Positions 28,249 through 36,822 of a stretch of DNA of 64,000 nt are shown here, piece after piece. The DNA comes from Caulobacteraceae bacterium. GTDB taxonomy: Bacteria; Pseudomonadota; Alphaproteobacteria; Caulobacterales; Caulobacteraceae. Made by a program: the position numbers and the translations under genes. How positions within the stretch are numbered: the first letter of the stretch is position 1; each line of letters opens with the position of its first letter. The stretch covers positions 6,923-70,922 of the forward strand of contig DASXZP010000009.1 of the NCBI GenBank assembly GCA_036501825.1, read 5' to 3'. The notes under the pieces are model-generated. The model was not told the origin of the DNA. It worked only from the letters and a program-made list of their open reading frames with translations, and made no database searches.

Positions 28249-28310
28249 GGCCCGAAGTTCAGTTACACTCGCCGCACCCGGGCCGAACTTCGGATTCGGG
28301 ACATGAGGGA

Positions 28311-29726
28311 TTGGAGTCCGACATGGGCGTCCTCACTCAACCCAAGACCGGGCGAGACCTGCCAGCGACGCTCGCCACGCGCCTGCGTGAGATTTTCGGC
28401 GCGCGCCTGCGGCTGGAAGAGTCGATCCGGCTCCAGCACGGCCGGAGCGAGGCGCACTTCCCCACCATTGCGCCCGACGCGGTGGTCTTCCCCCATTCGA
28501 CCGAAGAGGTCGTGGCGCTGGTCAAGGCCTGCACGGCCCATGACGTCCCAGTCATTCCCTTCGGCGCAGGCACCTCGATGGAGGGCAGCACCACGCCGGT
28601 CCGCGGCGGGATAACCGTCGATCTGTCCGAGATGACCCGCATCGTGCGCGTCAATCCCGACGACTTCGATTGCACGGTCGAGGCGGGCGTGCGGCGCGAA
28701 CAACTCAATGAGCACCTTCGCGACCAGGGCTTGTTTTTCCCGGTAGACCCGGGCGCCAACGCCACCATCGGCGGCATGGCCTCGACCCGCGCGTCAGGCA
28801 CCAATGCGGTGCGCTACGGCACCATGCGCGAGGCGGTGCTGTCGCTCCGCGTGGTCACACCCGATGGCCGTGACATCCGAACCGCGCGGCGCGCGCGCAA
28901 GTCCGCCGCCGGCTATGACCTGACCCGCCTGTTCGTGGGCAGCGAAGGTACGCTCGGGATCATCACCGAGGTGACCGTGCGTCTGCACGGTATTCCCGAG
29001 GTGATTTCCGCCGCCGTGTGCGGGTTCGAGACCCTCGACGGCGCCGTGCGCACGGTGGTCGAGGCGATCCAACTCGGCGTGCCGATGGCGCGCATTGAGC
29101 TTCTCGATGACATGCAGATGAAGGCGGTGAACGCCTGGTCGAAGCTCGACTATCCGGAAACCACCACCCTGTTCTTCGAATTTCACGGCTCCGAACGCTA
29201 CGTCGCCGAACAGGTCGAGACGGTGAGCGCGCTGGCGGCGGCCAACGGCGGTGGCGAATTCACGTGGTCGAACCGCCCGGAAGACCGCTCCAAACTCTGG
29301 AAGGCGCGGCATGACGCCTACTACGCAGCGCTCGGCCTGCGTCCGGGCTCGACCGGCTGGGCCACCGACGTCTGCGTGCCCATAAGCCGGCTGGCCGAAT
29401 GCATTGGCGAGACCAAGAAGGATCTTGAAACGGCCTCCATGCCCGCGCCGATCGTGGGCCACGTGGGCGACGGCAACTTCCACGTCGTCTTCGTCATCGA
29501 CCCGAACAAGCCGGAAGAACTCGAGGAAGCCCAGCATCTGAACGCCCGCCTCGTCGAACGCGCGCTGGCGATGGACGGCACCTGCACCGGTGAGCACGGC
29601 ATCGGCCTGGGCAAACAGGACTGGCTGGTCGCCGAACTCGGCGACGCGGTGGACCTGATGCGCGCGATCAAACGCGCGCTCGACCCCAAAGACTTGTTCA
29701 ATCCGGGCAAGATCTTCGCGCTCTAG
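28311..29726 (+). CDS. FAD-linked oxidase (D-lactate dehydrogenase / GlcD-like)
   Basis: FAD_binding_4 signature VVFPHSTEEVVALVKACTAHDVPVIPFGAGTSMEG and C-terminal GTCTGEHGIGLGK...DPKDLFNPGKIF. Confidence 0.85.
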   Translation: MESDMGVLTQPKTGRDLPATLATRLREIFGARLRLEESIRLQHGRSEAHFPTIAPDAVVFPHSTEEVVALVKACTAHDVPVIPFGAGTSMEGSTTPVRGGITVDLSEMTRIVRVNPDDFDCTVEAGVRREQLNEHLRDQGLFFPVDPGANATIGGMASTRASGTNAVRYGTMREAVLSLRVVTPDGRDIRTARRARKSAAGYDLTRLFVGSEGTLGIITEVTVRLHGIPEVISAAVCGFETLDGAVRTVVEAIQLGVPMARIELLDDMQMKAVNAWSKLDYPETTTLFFEFHGSERYVAEQVETVSALAAANGGGEFTWSNRPEDRSKLWKARHDAYYAALGLRPGSTGWATDVCVPISRLAECIGETKKDLETASMPAPIVGHVGDGNFHVVFVIDPNKPEELEEAQHLNARLVERALAMDGTCTGEHGIGLGKQDWLVAELGDAVDLMRAIKRALDPKDLFNPGKIFAL

Positions 29727-29932
29727 AGCCCCGCACTTCCTCGTCGCAATGCTCGAGCTGGCCGAACGTAAGGATTGAAGCCGCAAAGCTGCGCGGCGGA
29801 AACCCCCGGAAAATCAGCCCTTCGCGCCATTTCGCAGACGCTGGCGCCGTCGATATTGTCGCTCATTGCAGACAGCTTGATCGCGCGGGACCCGGTCGCA
29901 GACTGCCGCCCTGGGAGCGATGGGGACCCACC

Positions 29933-30406
29933 GTGGATCTTTCGACAGAGTTGGATGCACGGCCCTTTGCACTCGGCGACGCCCCGCAGGTCTCAGAGCC
30001 CCCGACGTCCGGAAAGGTCGTCGCCCGCGCCGTCGCTCCCAACCATCTCCAGACCCTGCGTGAAGCGCGCGGCTTGACCCTGCGCGAACTGGCCGAGCGC
30101 GTGGGCGCCTCGCGTCAGCACATGTCGAGCCTCGAACGCGGCGGACGGCGGCTGACCGCCGACTGGCTGTTGCGTCTGTCCGAAGGGCTCGACTGTCATC
30201 CCTGCGAGATTCTGGCGGTCGACGAACCCGAAGGCCTGACCCGGCGCGAGCGAGTGATCCTGGCCTATGTGCGGCGGCTCAGTTTCGGGCAACAGGGCGC
30301 CTTGCTCGAGTTCCTCTCGGCCGCAGCGCCGGGACGGCGGCGCCGTCGCGACGGCGTGGATGCGCTGGATGACAGTTCCGCCGAGGCGTGGCCGGATCAG
30401 GCCTAG
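29933..30406 (+). CDS. XRE-family HTH transcriptional regulator with a C-terminal extension
   Basis: LQTLREARGLTLRELAERVGASRQHMSSLERGGRRLTADWLLRLSEGLDC. The GTG start is uncertain. Confidence 0.6.
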   Translation: MDLSTELDARPFALGDAPQVSEPPTSGKVVARAVAPNHLQTLREARGLTLRELAERVGASRQHMSSLERGGRRLTADWLLRLSEGLDCHPCEILAVDEPEGLTRRERVILAYVRRLSFGQQGALLEFLSAAAPGRRRRRDGVDALDDSSAEAWPDQA

Positions 30407-30431
30407 GCCGTCACCGAAAATCGAGAGACCC

Positions 30432-30899
30432 ATGAACGCGATCATTCCGCACCTGATCTCGGCCCTGCCGCTCGACGCCGTGCTCGGCCTCGGCGCTACG
30501 GGTTCCGCGTCACTCGCCGACGATGCGCGCGTGGTCGGCGAACTCGACCTGCGCTTTCAGGAGGCGGTGAAGCGCAACGACGCCGACGCCATGGCGGAGA
30601 TCTTTCACCAGGACGTCGTGCTGGTGGTCGGCTCCGGCAAGGTGTTCACCCGCGAAGACATGCTGAACGAGGCGCGATCCGGTGCGATGGTCTACGAGCA
30701 GCAGGACGAGGAGGCGGCCAGCCAGACGGTCCGCGTCTGGGGCGACACGGCGGTGGTGACCGCCAAGCTGTGGATCAAGGGCACGGAAAACGGCAAGCCC
30801 TTCGACCGCAAGATCTGGTTCAGCGACACCTATGTGCGCACCGATCGCGGCTGGCGCTATTTCTTCGCCCAATCGACCAGTGTTCTGGCGGACGCGTGA
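30432..30899 (+). CDS. NTF2-like (DUF4440/SnoaL-like) protein
   Basis: ...LRFQEAVKRNDADAMAEIFHQDVVLV...WGDTAVVTAKLWIKG...SDTYVRTDRGWRYFFAQST is the typical DUF4440 pattern. ATG at 30432. Confidence 0.6.
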   Translation: MNAIIPHLISALPLDAVLGLGATGSASLADDARVVGELDLRFQEAVKRNDADAMAEIFHQDVVLVVGSGKVFTREDMLNEARSGAMVYEQQDEEAASQTVRVWGDTAVVTAKLWIKGTENGKPFDRKIWFSDTYVRTDRGWRYFFAQSTSVLADA

Positions 30900-31333
30900 C
30901 GCCGCGCTCGATCGTTGCCGCCGTTCTGCTCGCGGGATTTGCGACGTCACCTGCAGCCGCCGACGCCCTGCCGCCGGACTTGAGTGCTGCGGTCGCGGCC
31001 TACGACCGCGCGCAGGCGAACAACGATACCGACACATTGAGCCGGTTGGTGTCCGACGATTTCATCCTGGTGAATTCCAACGCCTCGGTGGAGGACAAGG
31101 CGCAGTTTCTCGCCGACTTTCACCTGCCGGGATTCAAGATCGAGCCGTACCGGTTCGAGGATCCGGTGGCGAAGGCGTGGGGCGACGGGGCGGTCACCGG
31201 CGGCCTGCTGCACCTGAGCTGGACGCAGGACGGCAAGCATCAGACGCGCGCCTTGCGCATCGCCTATGTCTGGCAAAAGCGCGACGGCCGCTGGCGCGCG
31301 ACCTACGCCCAGGTGACGCGCGTTCCGGACTGA
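30896..31333 (+). CDS. NTF2-like (DUF4440/SnoaL-like) protein with signal peptide
   Basis: The GTG start overlaps the upstream stop (GTGA). Signal peptide SIVAAVLLAGFATSPAAA. ...YDRAQANNDTDTLSRLVSDDFILV...IAYVWQKRDGRWRATYAQVT. Confidence 0.6.
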   Translation: MTPRSIVAAVLLAGFATSPAAADALPPDLSAAVAAYDRAQANNDTDTLSRLVSDDFILVNSNASVEDKAQFLADFHLPGFKIEPYRFEDPVAKAWGDGAVTGGLLHLSWTQDGKHQTRALRIAYVWQKRDGRWRATYAQVTRVPD

Positions 31334-31338
31334 GCCCG

Positions 31339-32121
31339 TCAGAAGAACAGATAGGTCCCGAAGTTCGAGGCGTTGTGCGCCAGGATCGGCAGGATCAGAC
31401 TGCCGGTGCGTTCGCGGATCCACAGCAGCACGAAGCCGATCGCGCCCGTCAGCAGAATGGTCAGCGCGTCGAAGACGATGCGGCCGTTGTCCCAGCCGAG
31501 GCCGTGGCCCATGCCGAAATAGACCGACGAGGCGACCGCGCCCCACCCGATCGGCGCGCCCAGCAGGGTGATCGGCTTATCCTTGAAGGCCTGGTTCAGC
31601 AGCAGCAGCATGAGGCCGCGGAACGACGGCTCTTCCTGCAGGCCGGGCAAGGTCGCCTCGTACCAGAGCGTCTCGCCGGTGGCATGGTTGGGCGCGCCGA
31701 CGAAATAGTTCGAGCCCCAGACGAAGGCGCAGATCAGCGCACCGCCCAGGAGACCCGCGACGATGCCGCCGTTCTGTGACCAGCGGAAACCGCAATCCTT
31801 GAAGCTGACGCGGGGGATGACGGCGATCAGGACCAGCGTCGCCAGAATCGAAACGATCTTGCCGTCCCAGTTCCACTGGCCGTGGGCCACGCCGAACTGC
31901 GCGAGGACGGCGTTTTCCCAGCGTGGGAAGTGCACCGAAAGGGCGAAGGTCATGATGGCGGTGGCGATCACCGCCAACGCCAGGCGGCCGAAATGAACCC
32001 GCCCGCGCGCCAGCAGCGTAAGCACCACCAGGACGACGATCAGAGTCGCGGTCTGGATCGCCGTTGACATCAGACCGGAAGCGCCGATGTGGAAGAGCGC
32101 GTCCGCGGCGGGCTTGCTCAT
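31339..32121 (-). CDS. CPBP-family intramembrane glutamic endopeptidase (CAAX protease / Abi-like)
   Basis: Motifs EEPSFRG (EExxxR), FGMGH (FxxxH) and HNASNF (HxxxN); multi-pass membrane protein. The start was moved to the ATG at 32121, which overlaps the upstream stop (ATGA). Confidence 0.75.
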   Translation of the reverse strand: MSKPAADALFHIGASGLMSTAIQTATLIVVLVVLTLLARGRVHFGRLALAVIATAIMTFALSVHFPRWENAVLAQFGVAHGQWNWDGKIVSILATLVLIAVIPRVSFKDCGFRWSQNGGIVAGLLGGALICAFVWGSNYFVGAPNHATGETLWYEATLPGLQEEPSFRGLMLLLLNQAFKDKPITLLGAPIGWGAVASSVYFGMGHGLGWDNGRIVFDALTILLTGAIGFVLLWIRERTGSLILPILAHNASNFGTYLFF

Positions 32122-32582
32122 GCCTTTTCCGGCGCCAGTCTGCGGGCGAAGAAGGCGACGATCACCCCGAACAGCAGCATCGCCGCGACGTTCTCGCCCT
32201 GAACCAGCAGCGACGACGGCGGATGATGCGGCGCGCGCGACAGCGGCACGACGACGTAGGTCATCACCGCATAGACGCCCACGCCATAGGCGAGGCCCCA
32301 CGGCAGCCATTGCCGTGCGAGCATAGTCAGTCTCAGCGCGGCGATATCGTAGATCGCGGCGATGACGATCGACATGGCCCACTGCAGCCCCAGACCCAGC
32401 GCGACGATCTCCATTCCGCCCTGGCCCGCGGCCTTGCCGATCAGGCCGCTCGCTATGGCGCGCAGAACCCGGTCGGGCATGGCATGAAAGATCAGCGCCG
32501 CCGCGCCGATGTCCACCGTGCCGGCGACCAGACCGCCCAGCAGGATTGCCGTAAGCAGGCCGCTCTTGCGCCCCTCAGCCAT
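32118..32582 (-). CDS. Four-helix integral membrane protein (154 aa), family not recognised
   Basis: High GC3; four hydrophobic segments. It overlaps the genes on both sides by 4-8 nt. Confidence 0.55.
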   Translation of the reverse strand: MAEGRKSGLLTAILLGGLVAGTVDIGAAALIFHAMPDRVLRAIASGLIGKAAGQGGMEIVALGLGLQWAMSIVIAAIYDIAALRLTMLARQWLPWGLAYGVGVYAVMTYVVVPLSRAPHHPPSSLLVQGENVAAMLLFGVIVAFFARRLAPEKA

Positions 32583-33012
32583 GGTTGGTCTCCAGTGTCC
32601 GGGCTCTGCGGCCCGCGGTCGCCAGCTTAGCGCTTTCGGAGTTTATGGGAACCGCGTCGGCGATCAGATGCTCCAAACGCTCGCGAATCTGTCGCCCGCG
32701 ACCGCTGAGGTAGATCAGCTTCAGCCGCTTGTCCTCGGGCGAGCTCCTCAGTTCGAAGATCACCCGTTCCGGGGCCAGCGGCGTCTCGTGCGCCTCGCCG
32801 GCCATGGTCTTCACGATGCGCGCCGCCATGGCCACGTGAACGCGCGCCACGTGAGCGAGCTCGCTGACCGTCAGGCCTTCGTTCTCGCAGATGTAGAGGA
32901 AGAGCAGCAGGCCGGTGAGACTGCGCGGCAGGCTCTCCTCGCGGAAGGCTTCGATGGCGGCGAGGATGGTGTCGCGCCGGCGCGGGGGCGGCGCGGCGAA
33001 CCCCTCACTCAT
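32575..33012 (-). CDS. MarR-like winged-helix regulator
   Basis: LLLFLYICENEGLTVSELAHVARVHVAMAARIVKTM...KRLKLIYLSGRGRQI is an HTH-plus-wing pattern. Confidence 0.55.
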   Translation of the reverse strand: MSEGFAAPPPRRRDTILAAIEAFREESLPRSLTGLLLFLYICENEGLTVSELAHVARVHVAMAARIVKTMAGEAHETPLAPERVIFELRSSPEDKRLKLIYLSGRGRQIRERLEHLIADAVPINSESAKLATAGRRARTLETNHG

Positions 33013-33232
33013 AGGCGTTCAGTCGTCCCGAACGCATATAGAGCTTGCGCGGCGCGACCGGGCCGGACGCGGCGGACCGGCGGCGTTCACTGAGCACCAT
33101 CCAGGCGTCTGGGTAAGCTTCTTTCACCTGGGCGAGGTGGGTCTCGATGCGCTTCTGGTGGTCGGCGGCTTCGAGATAATCGAGCGCTTCCACGTCGATG
33201 GTGATGGTGGCGCGCAACAGCTTGGCAGGCAT
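33005..33232 (-). CDS. Small hypothetical protein (75 aa), first gene of the MarR-CPBP operon
   Basis: MPAKLLRATITIDVEALDYLEAADHQKRIETHLAQVKEAYPDAWMVLSERRR... It overlaps the MarR-like gene start by 8 nt. The start was moved to the ATG at 33232. Confidence 0.4.
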   Translation of the reverse strand: MPAKLLRATITIDVEALDYLEAADHQKRIETHLAQVKEAYPDAWMVLSERRRSAASGPVAPRKLYMRSGRLNAYE

Positions 33233-33452
33233 TGGATCAGACTTCACGGCAGATCTCCCAACGATCTGAAGCGATCGTCTCAAGATCGTGAAACTATCGC
33301 CACAGCGATGCGGCAAACGTCGCGCGGATCGCAACGAATGTCGCTGGGCGAAAAACGTCTCAGCAACGAACGACACGTTCGCCACGACAAACTTTCAACT
33401 TGTCACGGATTGGCGACGAAAGGCCCTGACACGGGTCTTACATGCGCGGGCC

Positions 33453-34235
33453 TTACATGCGCAGGCGCTTGCGCACCGCGTTCTGATACTTGCGACCCAC
33501 CGGCACTTCGACACCGTTGCTGAGCACCGCGGCGAGGCCGCCGCTCGGGCGGCGCACCACGCGCTCGATCTTGGCGCGGTTGACCAGGCCGGAGCGATGC
33601 AGCCGCAGGAACTGTTCCGGGTCCAAACGGTCGGTCAGTTCGCGCAGGGCGCGACGGACGAGATAGCTGCGCTCGGGCCCGTGGATGCGCACGTATTCAC
33701 GCTCGGCCTCGAACCAGATCACCTGGTCGACCGGCACCCGCACACGGCCGCGCCGGTCATTGACCCAGATTTCGCGGGCGTAGCCTTCGCCCTCCGGCTC
33801 GTCGCTGTCGCGCAGCTGTTCCAGCACGGCCGACATTTCGGCCAGCTTCTGCGCGCCCTCGCGGGCGGCGATGCGGGCGCGGGCGCGCTCCACCGCCTCG
33901 GCCAGGCGGTCGAAGTCCAGCGGCTTCAGCACATAGTCGACGGCGTCGAGATCGAAGGCGCGGGCCGCGTGGCGGCTGTAGGCGGTGACGAAGATCACCT
34001 CCGGCGCGTTCTTGCCCTGCAGCTCTTCGGCGAGGTCCAGGCCCGAGGCGTCGGGCATGCGGATGTCGAGCAGCACGAGGTCCGGAGAGGTCGAGCGGAT
34101 CAGGCTGCGCGCCTCCGCGCCGTTCTGGGCCGCGCCCACGACATGCACGCCTTCGATGCGTTCGAGGCCGAGCTCGAGACGCCGCAGCGAGAGCGGTTCG
34201 TCGTCAGCGATGAGGGCGCGTAGCGGTGCGGTCAT
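33453..34235 (-). CDS. LytR/AlgR-family response regulator (REC + LytTR DNA-binding domain)
   Basis: ALIADDEPL...DLVLLDIRMPDASG receiver; LytTR region VIWFEAEREYVRIHG...HRSGLVN. Confidence 0.9.
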   Translation of the reverse strand: MTAPLRALIADDEPLSLRRLELGLERIEGVHVVGAAQNGAEARSLIRSTSPDLVLLDIRMPDASGLDLAEELQGKNAPEVIFVTAYSRHAARAFDLDAVDYVLKPLDFDRLAEAVERARARIAAREGAQKLAEMSAVLEQLRDSDEPEGEGYAREIWVNDRRGRVRVPVDQVIWFEAEREYVRIHGPERSYLVRRALRELTDRLDPEQFLRLHRSGLVNRAKIERVVRRPSGGLAAVLSNGVEVPVGRKYQNAVRKRLRM

Positions 34236-35323
34236 TGGTAATCCAGGGGCAGGGTCAGGACCGTGCGCGAACCGGTGGGCTCGGTGGTCTCCACAGTCAT
34301 GGCGGCGGCGGCGCCGTAAAGGGTCTCAAGGCGCGAGCGAACGAATTCCAGGCCCGGGTCAGCCGCCTGCGGCGCACTGTCGGCCGGCGCCGCGGTGTCG
34401 TCCCACACCCAAAGTTTCAGCTTTTCGCCCTCGCGCACGGCGCCGAGTTCGATGGTGATCGGCAGGTCGGGCTGGGCCAGGCCGCGCCGGATCGCGTGTT
34501 CGAGCAGGGGCTGCAGGATGAAACTGGGCGCCAGCGCATCCTGCGCCTCGGGCTTGATCGCCTCGACGAAGCGCAGGCGCTTGCCGATCCGGGCGCGCTC
34601 GACCCCGATGTAGTCGCGCATGGCTTCGATCTCTTCGGCCAGGGGCACCCGCGCGCGCGGGTCCTTCTCCAGCGAGCGGCGCAGAAACCGCGACAGGGTG
34701 AGCACGAGGTGCTCGGCGTCGGCGTTGCGGTTCTTGTGGATCAGGGTGCTCAGCGCCTTGTGGATGTTGAACAGGAACTGCGGGTCGAGCTGGTAGCGCA
34801 GCATGCGGTTCTGGGCGTCGGCGGCCACCGCCTCGGTGGCGCGAAGCTCGGCGCCGAACTGCAGCGAGAAATAGACGCCGCACCAGGCCAGGAAGGTCCA
34901 CAGCACAGCGATCGCCGCGTCCAGGTGCTTGATCGCCCACTCGCCCATGCCGCCGCCTTCGGCCATCGGCGAGAAGATGTAATAGACCCAGTAGGCATAG
35001 GCGATGTAGACGGCGACCCCCGCCAACGACAGCGCCAACGCGGTGGTGAAGCGGACCGCCAGCGGCTTCGCCTCGATGCGGCGCAGCACCAGGTACATCA
35101 GGCCGCAGCAGACGGCGCCCAGGGTGTCGGCGGTGGATCCGCGCAGCGCCACCTCGAACGGGCGGTCGAACTGACGCGGGATTCCGGCGATGGTCCAGAA
35201 CGCCGCCGACGCCACCCAGATCAGCACGGTGGAAAGGAACAGCGGCTCGCGCAGCAGCCGGCCCAGGGTCATTCGCCGGGGTGTCGCGTCGTCGCGCAGG
35301 TCGAGGGCGTGAGAGGCGCTCAT
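34232..35323 (-). CDS. LytS/YehU-type sensor histidine kinase (paralog 1)
   Basis: Multi-TM N-terminus; His_kinase motif LRYQLDPQFLFNIHKALSTLI; C-terminal ATPase region PSFILQPLLEHAIRRGL. Its stop overlaps the response-regulator start. Confidence 0.85.
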   Translation of the reverse strand: MSASHALDLRDDATPRRMTLGRLLREPLFLSTVLIWVASAAFWTIAGIPRQFDRPFEVALRGSTADTLGAVCCGLMYLVLRRIEAKPLAVRFTTALALSLAGVAVYIAYAYWVYYIFSPMAEGGGMGEWAIKHLDAAIAVLWTFLAWCGVYFSLQFGAELRATEAVAADAQNRMLRYQLDPQFLFNIHKALSTLIHKNRNADAEHLVLTLSRFLRRSLEKDPRARVPLAEEIEAMRDYIGVERARIGKRLRFVEAIKPEAQDALAPSFILQPLLEHAIRRGLAQPDLPITIELGAVREGEKLKLWVWDDTAAPADSAPQAADPGLEFVRSRLETLYGAAAAMTVETTEPTGSRTVLTLPLDYQ

Positions 35324-36477
35324 GCGTAGGCCAGGGGCAGGGTGAGGGTGACCTTAAAGCCGCAGGGGGTGCGCTTCTCGGTGACAACGTCGGCGCGCGC
35401 GCCGTAGAGGCCTTCCAGCCGCGAGCGCACGTTCTCGAGCCCCACCCCCAGGTTCACCGCGCCGCGCGCGAGCTTGCCCGTGCCGTCGTCCTGGACCCAG
35501 AGCTTGAGGCCGTCCGCCTCGCGCACGGCGCCCAGTTCAATGGTGATCGGCTGGGCGCTTTGACCGAGGCCGTGCTTGATCGCGTTCTCGAGCAGCGGCT
35601 GCAGAATGAAGCTGGGCGCCAGCGCGCCCTGCACCGCCGGGTCGATCGCCTCGACGAAACGAAGGCGGTCGCCGAACCGGGCCGCCTCGACGCCCATGTA
35701 CTCGCGCATGGCGCTGAGCTCTTCCTCGAGCGGCGCCAGCACGCAGGGGTCCTTTTCGAGGGTCCGGCGCAGGAAGTTGGAGAGCTGATCGACCACCTTC
35801 TCGGCCTCGGCGTTGCGGCCGTCGTGGATCAGGGTGGCGAGGGCGGAGTGGATGTTGAACAGGAAATGCGGATCGAGCTGGTAGCGCAGCATGCGGTTCT
35901 GGGTGTCGAGCGCGACCGCCTGGGTGTTGCGCAAGGCCGTGCCGAGGCCGAGCGTGAAGTAGATCCCGCAGCAGGCGAGGATGGTCCACAGGATGGCGAC
36001 GCCGACGTCGATGTGCGCGCGCAGCCAGTTGGGACTGGCGGGGCCGACCGGCAGGACCACGTGGTAGGCGGCGTAGAGGATGACCATGAACACAAGGGTC
36101 GCCACGATCGCCAGCGCCACCATCGCGCCGAGCCTCAGCGCCAGCGACCGGCGTTCGAGCCGCTGCAGCAGCCGGTAGATCGCGCCGCACAACAGAGCGC
36201 CGGCCACGTCGCAGAGGAATCCGCGCACGCCGTCGTCGAGCTGGTGGGGCGCGTTCTCGACGACGTTGTCCACCGTCCAGACCACCCAGCACAGGAGCCA
36301 GATGCCGGCGGTGGCGAGCAAAAGCGGCGAACGCAGCACGCGAGCGGACATGACGGGCCTCGGGGCCGCCTTGCGGCGACCGACGGCGCCATTTTCCCAC
36401 CCGCGAACGGCCCGCGCCAGCGGCCTTGGTGTTGTAATTTCGGGCGCTTGCGACATTGAACCGGGCGACTGCAACAA
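35320..36477 (-). CDS. LytS/YehU-type sensor histidine kinase (paralog 2)
   Basis: LRYQLDPHFLFNIHSALATLI; PSFILQPLLENAIKHGL. Its stop overlaps the paralog 1 start. The start is uncertain (36477, 36456, or later at MSARVL). Confidence 0.8.
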   Translation of the reverse strand: MLQSPGSMSQAPEITTPRPLARAVRGWENGAVGRRKAAPRPVMSARVLRSPLLLATAGIWLLCWVVWTVDNVVENAPHQLDDGVRGFLCDVAGALLCGAIYRLLQRLERRSLALRLGAMVALAIVATLVFMVILYAAYHVVLPVGPASPNWLRAHIDVGVAILWTILACCGIYFTLGLGTALRNTQAVALDTQNRMLRYQLDPHFLFNIHSALATLIHDGRNAEAEKVVDQLSNFLRRTLEKDPCVLAPLEEELSAMREYMGVEAARFGDRLRFVEAIDPAVQGALAPSFILQPLLENAIKHGLGQSAQPITIELGAVREADGLKLWVQDDGTGKLARGAVNLGVGLENVRSRLEGLYGARADVVTEKRTPCGFKVTLTLPLAYA

Positions 36478-36822
36478 CCGCGCCGCAGGCCGTCTGCGGC
36501 CCCGCGGAAGCGCTTATGGCGCAGGGTTTCGCCGGCGGCTTCAGAGCCGGGCGCGCGCGCCAACCCCTGCCGGGCAAGCGTTTGAGCCGCGAAGTCTCTT
36601 TAGTCGCCAATCCGAGACTAAAAGTAAAAACACAACATAGTTTCGATACGACGCTAGTATGTGTCGGGGCAGGCACAACAACTTACAAGATTTGTGTCGC
36701 CACAAACCGTCGATTGACGGCCCTCTTTAAGTCCAAATACCTAACGGTACGGGCGAATAACGGGAATCCGCGCCCTCGTTGGTTTGTCGCCGCACGTTCG
36801 CGCGACTGAAGGAGGAACGATC

